Shown piece after piece: positions 9,179 through 18,367 of a stretch of DNA of 64,000 nt. The notes beneath the pieces were generated by a model, which saw only the letters and a list, made by a program, of their open reading frames with translations, did no database searches and was not told the origin of the DNA. Position 1 is the stretch's first letter. Every line of letters starts with the position of its first letter. The position numbers were made by a program, and so were the translations under genes. The stretch is from a bacterium (lineage in GTDB: Bacteria > RBG-13-61-14 > DATKZS01), in contig CAXXFL010000001.1 in the NCBI GenBank assembly GCA_963674965.2, positions 512,001 to 576,000 of the forward strand, read 5' to 3'.

Positions 9179-10756
9179 ATGTTATTACGGCTACTTAGAA
9201 AATTCTCGATCGTGACCCAGCTTCTGACGCTGGCCCTGACCATCGTGGCCCTGTTCGCGGTGCCCTCGGTCTGGTATTTCTATTACAAGTACAACGACCA
9301 GTCCATAGAAAGCCTCAAGAACAAGTCGAGTTCCATCGCCCGCATCCTGGCGGTGAACGTGTCCGCGGGGGTCGAGTTCTCGGATTCCCAGACCATCGAG
9401 CAGCTCGTGTCCGGCGTTTCCCAGGACCCCATGATAGCGGCCGTTTACGTGTTCGACGCCAAGGAGGTGCCTCTTGGGTCCTACGTCTCGGAGGGGGCCA
9501 AAGGGGCCCTTAGCCCCGAGGCCGCCTCCAACCTCCTGGGGGAAAAGGAAATAGTCTTCGACGAGACGAGGGGACTGGTAGTCGCGCAAAGGGACGTAAC
9601 CAACGCCAACGAGCGCATTGGAAGGCTCCTGCTTATCTCCTCGGCCGGCTTTACTCAGGAACAACTGCTCCAGACCCTTAAGGACGTGGGCGTGGTATAT
9701 CTCATCCTGCTGGCGGCCAACATGGTCATCGTGCTGATCCTGGCGCGGGCCTGGGTCAAGCCCATCGTGCAGGCCGCGGACATAGCCCACCGCATAGCGG
9801 AGGGGGACCTGAACGTTCCCAACCTGGAGGAGAGCGGCGACGACCAGATATCCAAGATGAGCGTGGCCATCAACGTGATGGTCAAGTCCCTTACCCATCT
9901 GCTGGCCAGGATCAACCAGTCCCACGAGTCCATCAAGAAAACCATCGCCGAAATCCAGACCTCGACGGTACAGCAAAGGCACGGCCTCGAGAACCAGGCC
10001 AGCGCCATCAGCGAGATAAGCACCACCATCAACCAGCTCAAGACCACCAGCAAGCAAAGCGCCTCCATCGCCCAGCGCGTGCTGGACGACTCCGAGCGCT
10101 CGGTCGAGGTGTCCAAGGAGGGACTGACCAGCAACGACAAGGCCGTCTCCGGCATGGACCTTATCAACGACCAGATGGAGTCCATCGCCGAGTCCATCCT
10201 CAGCCTCTCCGAGAGAAGCCAGCAGATAGTGGACATCGTGGCCACCGTCAACGACCTGGCCCAGCAGTCCAACTACCTGGCCCTTAACGCCTCCATCGAG
10301 GCCGCCAAGGCCGGAGAGCACGGCAAGGGCTTCGCCGTCGTGGCCATGGAGGTAAGGAACCTGGCCGAGCAAAGCCAGCAGGCCACCGCCCAAATAAGGA
10401 ACATACTGAACGAGATTCAAAGCAACATGAACGCCGCCGTGCTGGTCACCGAGAACGGGACTCAAAAGGTGACCGAGGGGGTCGACCTGATCCGAAGCAC
10501 CGGCGACGTCATCAACCAGCTCGCCAACGTGGTCAACCAGGGGGCGTCCTCGGCCCGGCAGATTTCTTCCTCCGCCAACCAGCAGTCGCTCGGCGTGGAC
10601 CAGATCGCCCAGGCCATTACCGCCATCAGCCAGACCATGAACGAGACCACCAACAGCGCCAAGCAGCTCGAGAGGGCCGCCGAGGGGCTATCCGAGGTGG
10701 CCGAGCTTATGACCGACGCCATTGAAAACTACGCCTCCAAGAGGAGCCAGAGCTGA
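9179..10756 (+). CDS. Methyl-accepting chemotaxis protein: TM-CHASE8-like sensor-TM-HAMP-signalling domain
   Basis: [30 protein letters not shown] hairpin tip; two TM helices; HAMP (IAEGDL...DQISKM); periplasmic [16 protein letters not shown]...[11 protein letters not shown]. Confidence 0.93.
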   Translation: MLLRLLRKFSIVTQLLTLALTIVALFAVPSVWYFYYKYNDQSIESLKNKSSSIARILAVNVSAGVEFSDSQTIEQLVSGVSQDPMIAAVYVFDAKEVPLGSYVSEGAKGALSPEAASNLLGEKEIVFDETRGLVVAQRDVTNANERIGRLLLISSAGFTQEQLLQTLKDVGVVYLILLAANMVIVLILARAWVKPIVQAADIAHRIAEGDLNVPNLEESGDDQISKMSVAINVMVKSLTHLLARINQSHESIKKTIAEIQTSTVQQRHGLENQASAISEISTTINQLKTTSKQSASIAQRVLDDSERSVEVSKEGLTSNDKAVSGMDLINDQMESIAESILSLSERSQQIVDIVATVNDLAQQSNYLALNASIEAAKAGEHGKGFAVVAMEVRNLAEQSQQATAQIRNILNEIQSNMNAAVLVTENGTQKVTEGVDLIRSTGDVINQLANVVNQGASSARQISSSANQQSLGVDQIAQAITAISQTMNETTNSAKQLERAAEGLSEVAELMTDAIENYASKRSQS

Positions 10757-10760
10757 GTAA

Positions 10761-13061
10761 ATGAACGACGACGACATCATAAAGCAGCTTCTGCCCCTGT
10801 TCCGGGACTCGGCCGGCTCGGCCGTCCTCCAGGCCAACAGGACGCTGCTTCTGCTCGAGGCCTCCGAGCTGCCCGACTCGGTCAGGACGGACTCGACCAA
10901 CGAGCTGCTCCGGATACTGCACACCCTCAAGGGCGACTCGGGCTCCGTGGGCCTGGACGAGGTGGTGACCCTGTCCCATGAGATCGAGTCGTCCATGAAG
11001 GCGGTCAAGACTGAAAAGGGCATCCCCCCCGGCCTTCCCGTTTACGGGACCTGGTTCGCGGCCCTGGACAAGCTGGCCGAAATCGCCACCCAGGAATACG
11101 ACCGGGAAAGGGTCCAAAAAGAGATCGAGGAAATAAAGGAAAGACTGGCCGGGTCGGGGGGCGACGTCGCTGATCGAGGCGAGGCCCCCTCAGCCGCCGA
11201 GCGCAAAAGCGGGGAGGGACCCCCGTCGAAAACCCCGGCGGAAGAGAGCGGGCGCGAGCGCTTCCGCCGCGAGGCCCCGGAGCGGGGTGACGAGGTGGTG
11301 CGGGTGTCCTTTCGGCGCCTCACGGGCCTGACCGAGAGCATGAGCGAGTTGCTTTCCGCCCGTATTTTAAGCGAGCAGCGTCTTCACGACCTGCAGGAGG
11401 ACGCGCGCGAGCTTCTGTCCCGACACCAGGAATGGAGCAAAACGGGCCAGCGCTTCATGAACTCGATGAGCAGGTCCTACCGGCAGGGCTTCATGGACAA
11501 GGAGGCCTTCCAGGAACTGAAGGAAAAGTACAAGGAAATGGACGCCGCCGGCCAGGCTATAAAGAGGACCGGCCAGGGCATGCTGGGTTCCCTCCAGACC
11601 GCCCACAAGCAGGTGCGTCACACGGGGACGGTGATGAGGACGCAGGAGGAAAACCTGCGAGGTCTCCAGATGACGCCGGTGGCCGACCTTTTCGCCTCCT
11701 TCCACCGCTGGGTCCGGGACGCGGCCCTCGAGCTGGGCAAGAAGATCGAGTTCAAGACGGAGGGCGAGTCGGTCGAGCTCGACCGCTCCATCGTGCAAAG
11801 ACTGAGGGAGCCCCTTATACACCTTCTTCGCAACGCTCTTGACCACGGCGTCGAGACCCCCGAGGAAAGGTTGGCGGCGGGCAAGTCCGAGCGCGGCCTG
11901 GTGGCCCTCCGGGCCTTCGCCGCCGGCGGGGGCGTGGTGATCGAGGTCGAGGACGACGGCCGGGGCCTGGACACGGAGGTGATCGGAAGAGTAGCGGTCC
12001 AACGGGGCATGGTGGGGGAGGCGGAGGCGCGGAACATGAGCGAGAGGGCCGTGCAGTCATTGGCCTTCCAGCCCGGCTTCTCGACGCGGGGCAAGGTGTC
12101 CAAGATGTCGGGACGCGGCGTGGGCCTGGACGTGGTGACGGCCTGGGTCGAGGACCTTCGGGGCAGGGTCGAGTGGGATTCCAGCCCGGGCAAGGGACTC
12201 CTCATCAGGCTGAGGCTGCCCCTGACCATGGCCACCATCCAGGCGCTCATTACAAGAGTGGGCGGGCAGAAGTTCGCCATTCCCCACTCGGCGGTGGACC
12301 GGGTCCTCCGGGTCAAGACCAAGAGCCTGACCACGGTCGAGGGCAGGACCTCGATCATCCACGAGGGCCAGCCGGTCGAGCTTATTCCCCTGGCCGGACT
12401 TCTGGACATGGCGCCCAGCGAGGATGAGCACCCGGCCGAGATGGCGGTGGTTATCTCTTACGGAGCCCGCGGACCCAAGGGATGGATAGTGGACGATCTG
12501 CTCGGCGAGCAGGAGATCGTCATGAAGGACTTCACCCGCTTTTTTAAAAAGGTGAAGAACATGGCCGGCGCCGCTATCATCGGTAGTGGCGAGATAGTCA
12601 TGGTCCTCAACGCCGCCGACCTGCACCAGCGGAGCTCGGGCCTTCGGATGGACCCGGCGGGCCGGTCGGGCAAGGATCGCAAGGCGGGCGCGGCCAAGAA
12701 GGTTTTGGTGGTCGACGACTCTCTGATCACGCGGACCATGGAGCAACGCATTCTCGGCAAGGCCGGGTACGAGGTTGACGGGGCGCGCGACGGCAAGGAC
12801 GCCCTCGAGCGGATGGACAAAAACGACTACGACCTGGTGGTCAGCGACATGCAGATGCCCAGGATGGACGGGGCCGAGCTGACCCGCAATTTGAGAAAGG
12901 ACCCGCGTTACGCCGAGACGCCGGTCATCATCGTTTCCTTTTTGGACTCGGAGGAGGACAAGATGCGGGGCATGGAGGCCGGAGCCAGCGCCTACCTGAC
13001 CAAGAAACAATTCAACCAGGCCAGGCTCCTCGAGCTGGTCCAGCGCCTGATAGGTGGATAA
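10761..13061 (+). CDS. cheA: Hybrid CheA histidine kinase with C-terminal receiver (WspE-like)
   Basis: Hpt LHTLKG, HLLRNALDHG, DDGRG, GFST..VSKMSGRGVGLDVV, CheW domain, REC (VVDDS...DMQMP). Confidence 0.95.
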   Translation: MNDDDIIKQLLPLFRDSAGSAVLQANRTLLLLEASELPDSVRTDSTNELLRILHTLKGDSGSVGLDEVVTLSHEIESSMKAVKTEKGIPPGLPVYGTWFAALDKLAEIATQEYDRERVQKEIEEIKERLAGSGGDVADRGEAPSAAERKSGEGPPSKTPAEESGRERFRREAPERGDEVVRVSFRRLTGLTESMSELLSARILSEQRLHDLQEDARELLSRHQEWSKTGQRFMNSMSRSYRQGFMDKEAFQELKEKYKEMDAAGQAIKRTGQGMLGSLQTAHKQVRHTGTVMRTQEENLRGLQMTPVADLFASFHRWVRDAALELGKKIEFKTEGESVELDRSIVQRLREPLIHLLRNALDHGVETPEERLAAGKSERGLVALRAFAAGGGVVIEVEDDGRGLDTEVIGRVAVQRGMVGEAEARNMSERAVQSLAFQPGFSTRGKVSKMSGRGVGLDVVTAWVEDLRGRVEWDSSPGKGLLIRLRLPLTMATIQALITRVGGQKFAIPHSAVDRVLRVKTKSLTTVEGRTSIIHEGQPVELIPLAGLLDMAPSEDEHPAEMAVVISYGARGPKGWIVDDLLGEQEIVMKDFTRFFKKVKNMAGAAIIGSGEIVMVLNAADLHQRSSGLRMDPAGRSGKDRKAGAAKKVLVVDDSLITRTMEQRILGKAGYEVDGARDGKDALERMDKNDYDLVVSDMQMPRMDGAELTRNLRKDPRYAETPVIIVSFLDSEEDKMRGMEAGASAYLTKKQFNQARLLELVQRLIGG

Positions 13062-14108
13062 ATGATACGGGCCCTGGTAGTGGACGACTCCGATCTCATG
13101 CGCGAGATCATGACCCGCGCCCTCGAGACCGACCCGGACCTCGAGGTGGCGGCGGCGGCGGCGGACGGCAAGGAGGCCGTGCACATGGCCAAGAAATACC
13201 GTCCCGACGTCATCACCATGGACATCATGATGCCCCGCATGAACGGTCTCGACGCCACCCGGGTGATCATGGAGGAGACGCCCGTTCCCATCGTCATGGT
13301 CTGCGCCATCGGCGACAGCGAGGAGCAGCGCATCAGCTTCGAGGCCATGGAGGCGGGCGCGGTGTGGGTGGTCAAGAAACCCCGGGGACAGGCCACGGCC
13401 GACTGGGACACCTGGTCGCGCTCCCTTTGCCAGATCGTGAAGTCCATGGCCGAGGTCAAGGTGGTTTCCCGCCGCCCCTCCCGGGCTCCCAGGGCGGTGG
13501 ACGTCTCCACGGGGGTCGCGGTCGAGAAGACGCCCCGCGTCATAGCCATGGCCGCCAGCACCGGCGGGCCGACGGCCCTGAAAAGCGTGCTCGAGAAGCT
13601 GCCGGAGGACTTCGAGATACCCATTCTCGTCTGCCAGCACATAGCTCGAGGCTTCGTGGAGGGCATGGTCGAGTGGCTCAACTTCGACCTCGAGCTGCCC
13701 GTCCGGGTGGGGGCCACCAACGACGCGGTACGGCCCGGCGTCACCTTCGCCCCCGACCACGGCAACCTTCTCGTTACCAGGGACGAGAGGCTTATCGTGC
13801 AGCCGGCGGAGGGCGACGAGAAATATATTCCCTCGGCCGACGCGCTTTTCGAGTCGGTGGCCAGGCATTACAAGTGCGAGTGCGTGGGCGTCATCATGAC
13901 CGGAATGGGGACCGACGGAGCGGCCGGCCTCAAAAAGATATGGGACGAGGGCGGCATCACCGTGGCCCAGGACGAGGCGTCGTCTTTAATCTACGGAATG
14001 CCGGGGGCCGCCGTTAAGGCGGGAGGCGTCAAATATAAAATGGACCCCGAGGAAATAGCCCGGATGCTTATTAAGCTTCCGCGCACGGAGGACAGGAAAG
14101 CGGTTTGA
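13062..14108 (+). CDS. cheB: CheB methylesterase with N-terminal receiver (WspF-like)
   Basis: REC (VVDDS, DIMMP), ASTGGP, QHI, MTGMGTDG, QDEASS..YGMP. Confidence 0.95.
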   Translation: MIRALVVDDSDLMREIMTRALETDPDLEVAAAAADGKEAVHMAKKYRPDVITMDIMMPRMNGLDATRVIMEETPVPIVMVCAIGDSEEQRISFEAMEAGAVWVVKKPRGQATADWDTWSRSLCQIVKSMAEVKVVSRRPSRAPRAVDVSTGVAVEKTPRVIAMAASTGGPTALKSVLEKLPEDFEIPILVCQHIARGFVEGMVEWLNFDLELPVRVGATNDAVRPGVTFAPDHGNLLVTRDERLIVQPAEGDEKYIPSADALFESVARHYKCECVGVIMTGMGTDGAAGLKKIWDEGGITVAQDEASSLIYGMPGAAVKAGGVKYKMDPEEIARMLIKLPRTEDRKAV

Positions 14109-14203
14109 AAGAAGGAAAAAGCGCCGCCGGGAAAAACTCTCTTGCGGCTTGAAATAAAGGAACTTGGCAAAGCCTGATATTGCAATATGAAAAGGAGAAG
14201 GAA

Positions 14204-14773
14204 ATGAGGCTGAATTTACGTTTGGTAGTGGTAATGGCGACGCTCGCGGCCCTTGGCGCCGCGGCTGGCGCGGCGGCCGAGCAGTCGCTTCCCGCCGACC
14301 TTACCGCCGCTCTTACCCTGAAGGTCCTCACCTTCGACCGGAATTTGACGGAGCGGGCCCAGGGCGAGGTGCTGGTGGCGGTCGTGTACGCCGAGGCCGA
14401 CGCGGGCTACGCCGACGACCTGAAAAAGGGGTTCGAGGCCTTCGCGGACAAGAAGGTCAATGGGCTTTCGGTCCGCTGCGTGACCCACAAGTTCGTCGAC
14501 CTGGCCGAGCTGTCGGGATGGATGGAGACGCAAAAGGTTTGCGTGCTTTTCCTGTCGCCGGGAATGCTGGGGCAGGCGGCGCAGCTGCATGGACTGGCGG
14601 TCGAGAAGAAGTGCCTGACCGCGGGGGGCGACGCCCGCTTCCCGGAGAAGGGCACGGCGCTTGGGTTCGAGATAGCGGACGGCAAGCCCAAGATCGTGGT
14701 CCATCTTAACCGCTCCAAGGAGGAGGGGGTCAATTTCGCGGCGACCCTTCTCCAAATGGCGCGAGTCATCTAA
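14204..14773 (+). CDS. YfiR/HmsC-family periplasmic protein
   Basis: Signal peptide; GFEIADGKPKIVVHL and C-terminal VNFAATLLQMARVI are typical of the YfiR family; RBS aggag. Confidence 0.8.
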   Translation: MRLNLRLVVVMATLAALGAAAGAAAEQSLPADLTAALTLKVLTFDRNLTERAQGEVLVAVVYAEADAGYADDLKKGFEAFADKKVNGLSVRCVTHKFVDLAELSGWMETQKVCVLFLSPGMLGQAAQLHGLAVEKKCLTAGGDARFPEKGTALGFEIADGKPKIVVHLNRSKEEGVNFAATLLQMARVI

Positions 14774-14791
14774 GAGCAAAGGAGAATCGAC

Positions 14792-16897
14792 ATGGCGCGA
14801 ACCAAGGGTTGGATTCGCTTCCGGAGATGGTCTCTCCTCCTTGCCCTCGTCCTGACGCTGCCGGCTTTCGGCGCGGCTAAGGCTCAGGCGACGGCGGCGG
14901 AGGACGAGTTCGAGGACTTCTCGGAGATCGCCCTCGAGGAGCTTTTAAACGTCACGGTCATATCGGCGTCCAAGCTCGAGCAGGACTTGAGCGACTCGCC
15001 CAACGCCATCTGGGTGATCACGGCCGAGGACATCAGGCGGGCGGGCGTCCGTACCATTCCCGAGGCCTTAAGCCTGGCCCCCGGCGTCTACGTGGCCCGC
15101 ATGTACGGCACCAAGTGGGTCGTCACCATCGGAGGCTTCGCCTTCAACAACTACTCGAACAAGCTCCTGGTCCTGGTCGACGGGGTCAGCCAGTACGCCC
15201 CCCTCTTCGGCGGCGTCGAGTGGGAGTACTTCCCCGTGGGCATAGACGAGGTCGAGAGGATCGAGGTGATAAGGGGAACGGGCGGAGTGCTCTACGGGGC
15301 CAACGCGGCCAACGGCGTTATCAACATTATTACCAAGTCGCCCTCCCGCGAGCCCTCGAGCTACGTCAACGTGAGGGGCGGGACCCAAAGCCTGCGCGAG
15401 ACCAACGCGGGCGCCAACCTTTCCACCGACGACGGCGTGATATCGGCCCGGCTGGCCGTGACCTACACCGAGGACGAGGGGTTCGGCATGAAGAATGGAG
15501 AAACCATTCAGGACGGCAAGAACTTCCACGTCGTTTCCCTGCGGACCTCCATCGCCCCTACCGAGTCGGCACTTATCAGCCTGGACGCCAGGTACCGGGG
15601 CGGCCCCTTCGAGACGCCGAACGTTTCGACCGCCAAGCCGGAGGTGTGGAAAAACCTGGAGAACGCCTTTTACCGGGCCAGGTGGGACCAGACCCTGGAC
15701 TCGGGGGCCCAGTTCTATATCCAGTCCTATTACTGGCGCATGCTGCTCCAGGAAAGGGACGACACCGCCAGGTACGAGGACTCGGAGGACTCGGAAATCG
15801 CCGACGTCGAGTTCCAGGCCATGGTTCCCTTCGAGGCGGCCGGGTCGCACCGTTTCATCTTCGGCGGCGGCTACCGGACGATCAGGGACGAGCAGTTTAT
15901 CCTCAAGGACGGCGAGCAGGACTACACCGTGGCCAACGGTTATTTCCACGACGAGTGGAGCTTTAACGACCAGTGGAGCCTGAACGCCGGGCTCAAGTAC
16001 GAGTCCATAAGCCTGGTGGACCCGACCTGGCAGTGGAGAGGGGCAATACTGTACCAGCCCACCCGGGAACACGGCTTCAGGCTGGCCGCCTCGAACGCCT
16101 ACAGGTCCCCAGCCCTCACCGAGATGTACCAGAACATAGGGGCCGAGCTGCCCGACGCCCTGGTACCTCTCCTGGCTGGAAGCTGGCCCACTCCTCCTCC
16201 TTACTACATCGTGCAGGTGCTCGGGAACGAGGACCTGGAGCCCGAGCAGATACTTTCCTACGAGGCCGGCTACAGGGGCATTTGGTTCGACAGGATGAAA
16301 ATAGACGTGAGTTACGCCTACAAGCAGTACGACAACCTCATCTCCTTTTATCTGGCGGACGAGGGATTCTACGTGACTCCTCCTTTCCCGCCCACTCCCT
16401 TCGGGCCCTTCGGCCTGGTCTATGGCTATTCCCAGCAGGGAGAAGCCACCAGCCAGAACCTGGACGTGGGCATAAGCGCCAGGATTACGAGGTCCTTTAG
16501 GGTGCTGGCCAACTACTCTCACGTGGACATAGAAGTGGACGGGCCCAACGCCTTCGAGGGGTTCGAGAAGAACTCTCCCGAGAACTACGGTATGATCGGC
16601 CTGGGCTACACCCACGAGAGGGGCTTCATGGCCGACGTCTCGGCTTACTACGTGGACGAGATCGAGATTTTCAACGCCGAGGACCCGACGGCCCCTCCCT
16701 TCAAGATCGACGCCTACTGGCGCCTGGACGCCAGGCTGGCCCAGTCGGTGAAGATGAGGGACGGAGAACTCGAAATCGGCGTGGTGGGCACGAACCTTGC
16801 TGATGAATGGCATGAGGAATACGTGGATTTCTCACAGGACGTCGATCCATTTCAAGTCAGGACGGGATACTACGGGTATATCGAATACCGGAGGTAA
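14792..16897 (+). CDS. TonB-dependent receptor of the type found beside yfiR genes
   Basis: Signal peptide; ALEELLNVTVISASK; plug motif VERIEVIRG.GGVLYGANAANGVINIIT; beta-barrel with aromatic C-terminus. Confidence 0.92.
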   Translation: MARTKGWIRFRRWSLLLALVLTLPAFGAAKAQATAAEDEFEDFSEIALEELLNVTVISASKLEQDLSDSPNAIWVITAEDIRRAGVRTIPEALSLAPGVYVARMYGTKWVVTIGGFAFNNYSNKLLVLVDGVSQYAPLFGGVEWEYFPVGIDEVERIEVIRGTGGVLYGANAANGVINIITKSPSREPSSYVNVRGGTQSLRETNAGANLSTDDGVISARLAVTYTEDEGFGMKNGETIQDGKNFHVVSLRTSIAPTESALISLDARYRGGPFETPNVSTAKPEVWKNLENAFYRARWDQTLDSGAQFYIQSYYWRMLLQERDDTARYEDSEDSEIADVEFQAMVPFEAAGSHRFIFGGGYRTIRDEQFILKDGEQDYTVANGYFHDEWSFNDQWSLNAGLKYESISLVDPTWQWRGAILYQPTREHGFRLAASNAYRSPALTEMYQNIGAELPDALVPLLAGSWPTPPPYYIVQVLGNEDLEPEQILSYEAGYRGIWFDRMKIDVSYAYKQYDNLISFYLADEGFYVTPPFPPTPFGPFGLVYGYSQQGEATSQNLDVGISARITRSFRVLANYSHVDIEVDGPNAFEGFEKNSPENYGMIGLGYTHERGFMADVSAYYVDEIEIFNAEDPTAPPFKIDAYWRLDARLAQSVKMRDGELEIGVVGTNLADEWHEEYVDFSQDVDPFQVRTGYYGYIEYRR

Positions 16898-16899
16898 AA

Positions 16900-17373
16900 A
16901 TGTCTAAGTATTTTGACCTGAGCGGGGCGAGCGATCCCCTGGACCGGACCAAGGGGTTCGTGCCCAGACGAAACCCCGACTCGGCTGGACGGGAAAACCC
17001 TCAGGGAAAACTTAAAAAAGTCCTGATCGTCGAGGATTCCCAGATACAGGCCGAGATGTACAGGCTCGTGTTCGCGACGGACAAGTGCAAAATCATATTC
17101 GCGGAAAACGGAAAAGAGGCCCTCGAGGTCCTCACCCGCGAACTCAACGTCGATCTTATCATTACCGACATTAACATGCCGGAAATGAACGGGATCGACT
17201 TCTTGACCATGGTCAGGAGGACCGGCTTGGCCAAATGCCCCATCATCGTCACCAGCACGCCGGAAAACAAGGACCTGCTCGAAAAGGCCGTCGAGTCCGG
17301 GGCCTCCTCGTATATGGTCAAGCCATGGGACTTAAGGGAGCTTCGAGCTCTGGTTAAAAGACTGGTCGGCTGA
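16900..17373 (+). CDS. Single-domain response regulator with ~38-aa N-terminal extension
   Basis: VLIVEDS, TDINMPEMNG, VKP motifs; 2 bp after the receptor stop. Confidence 0.88.
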   Translation: MSKYFDLSGASDPLDRTKGFVPRRNPDSAGRENPQGKLKKVLIVEDSQIQAEMYRLVFATDKCKIIFAENGKEALEVLTRELNVDLIITDINMPEMNGIDFLTMVRRTGLAKCPIIVTSTPENKDLLEKAVESGASSYMVKPWDLRELRALVKRLVG

Positions 17374-17660
17374 AAAAATCTGGACGAGACTATGAAGTCC
17401 CCCTCCCGAGCGCCGTTCATTTTCGCGCCGATCGGGCGAAAAATCCTTTCGCGCGGTCGAAAGCAAGTCGCCCCCCGCTCGCTATATCAAAATAGGTAAA
17501 TTCATTTCCCGATTCTTCCAAATTTGAATAGTAGTCACATCGGTATATCCGGTTCCGTCCGCAATGAAACTGATTGTCTTTTGCATTTTCTATCATTACG
17601 GCGAGCGACGCTGGGGGAATTTTTTCGCGCGGACATAGGACGCCTTGATTATAAAGCGCT

Positions 17661-18179
17661 CTAGTAAAGCGACGTCTCCCAGGTGGCCGGGTCCGGTCCG
17701 TTATTGAAAAGGTTGCAATTGGAGATGGCGTTGGCTCTGGCGCTGGCCGTCAGCGTGCCCGTAGCCGATGTGTTTGAGGTATATTTCCCCTCGAAAGACC
17801 CGACTCCCACGCTTCCACATGTGCCTCCCGTCTCGGTCAGGGAGCCTTGAATATTCTTATCGGTCAGCGTTCCCGTTATGATAAAGGACCTCTCTATCCA
17901 AACCCCGCCTCCCGGAAAAGATATCTCCAAAGGTATGGTTATAGTCCCGGAGACGTTACCCTGGTCGTCAACCGTAAAGTTAAAGTTAGCGTCATCCGTA
18001 AATGGCGTATCTCTCCAGATAAAATGCACCGTCCCGGAATATGAGCCGGGTTGAGGCGTGATCTGAACTCCATTGTCTCCGCCGCTATCTCCTCCATCAT
18101 CCCCGCAACCCAATGCCAGGAAACAAACGCAAAACGCAAGGAACAAGAAAGACGCAAACCGTGCCGTGATAATTCTCAT
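17661..18179 (-). CDS. Hypothetical beta-rich lipoprotein
   Basis: Lipobox LALGC followed by a Gly/Asp linker; Gly/Thr-rich beta-strand pattern; RBS-like ggag upstream. Confidence 0.65.
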   Translation of the reverse strand: MRIITARFASFLFLAFCVCFLALGCGDDGGDSGGDNGVQITPQPGSYSGTVHFIWRDTPFTDDANFNFTVDDQGNVSGTITIPLEISFPGGGVWIERSFIITGTLTDKNIQGSLTETGGTCGSVGVGSFEGKYTSNTSATGTLTASARANAISNCNLFNNGPDPATWETSLY

Positions 18180-18367
18180 CGCCTCCACTCCTTTTGGTTA
18201 TGACCGTTATTTGCAGAAATTTTTCAATTCATTTGGGATTATTGCCCTCTATATTTCTTGGGAACCCAGGTAAAAAGAAATTCAAGCATAGGTGGCGTTA
18301 CTTGTCAATACAAATCACTATCAACAGAGCCTCTTGCAAAATTCCCGCTTTGGAGTGCGGCGGCTCG

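Noticed and set aside
14164-14185. Sigma54 promoter before yfiR (TGGCA...TTGCA)
   Set aside because: GG-to-GC spacing is longer than the required 10 nt
7338-16813. Long antisense ORFs (7338-8939, 9191-10465, 12057-13868, 15068-16813; similarly 35747-37612, 41101-42795, 53115-54857)
   Set aside because: Shadow frames of high-GC3 genes with no recognisable motifs
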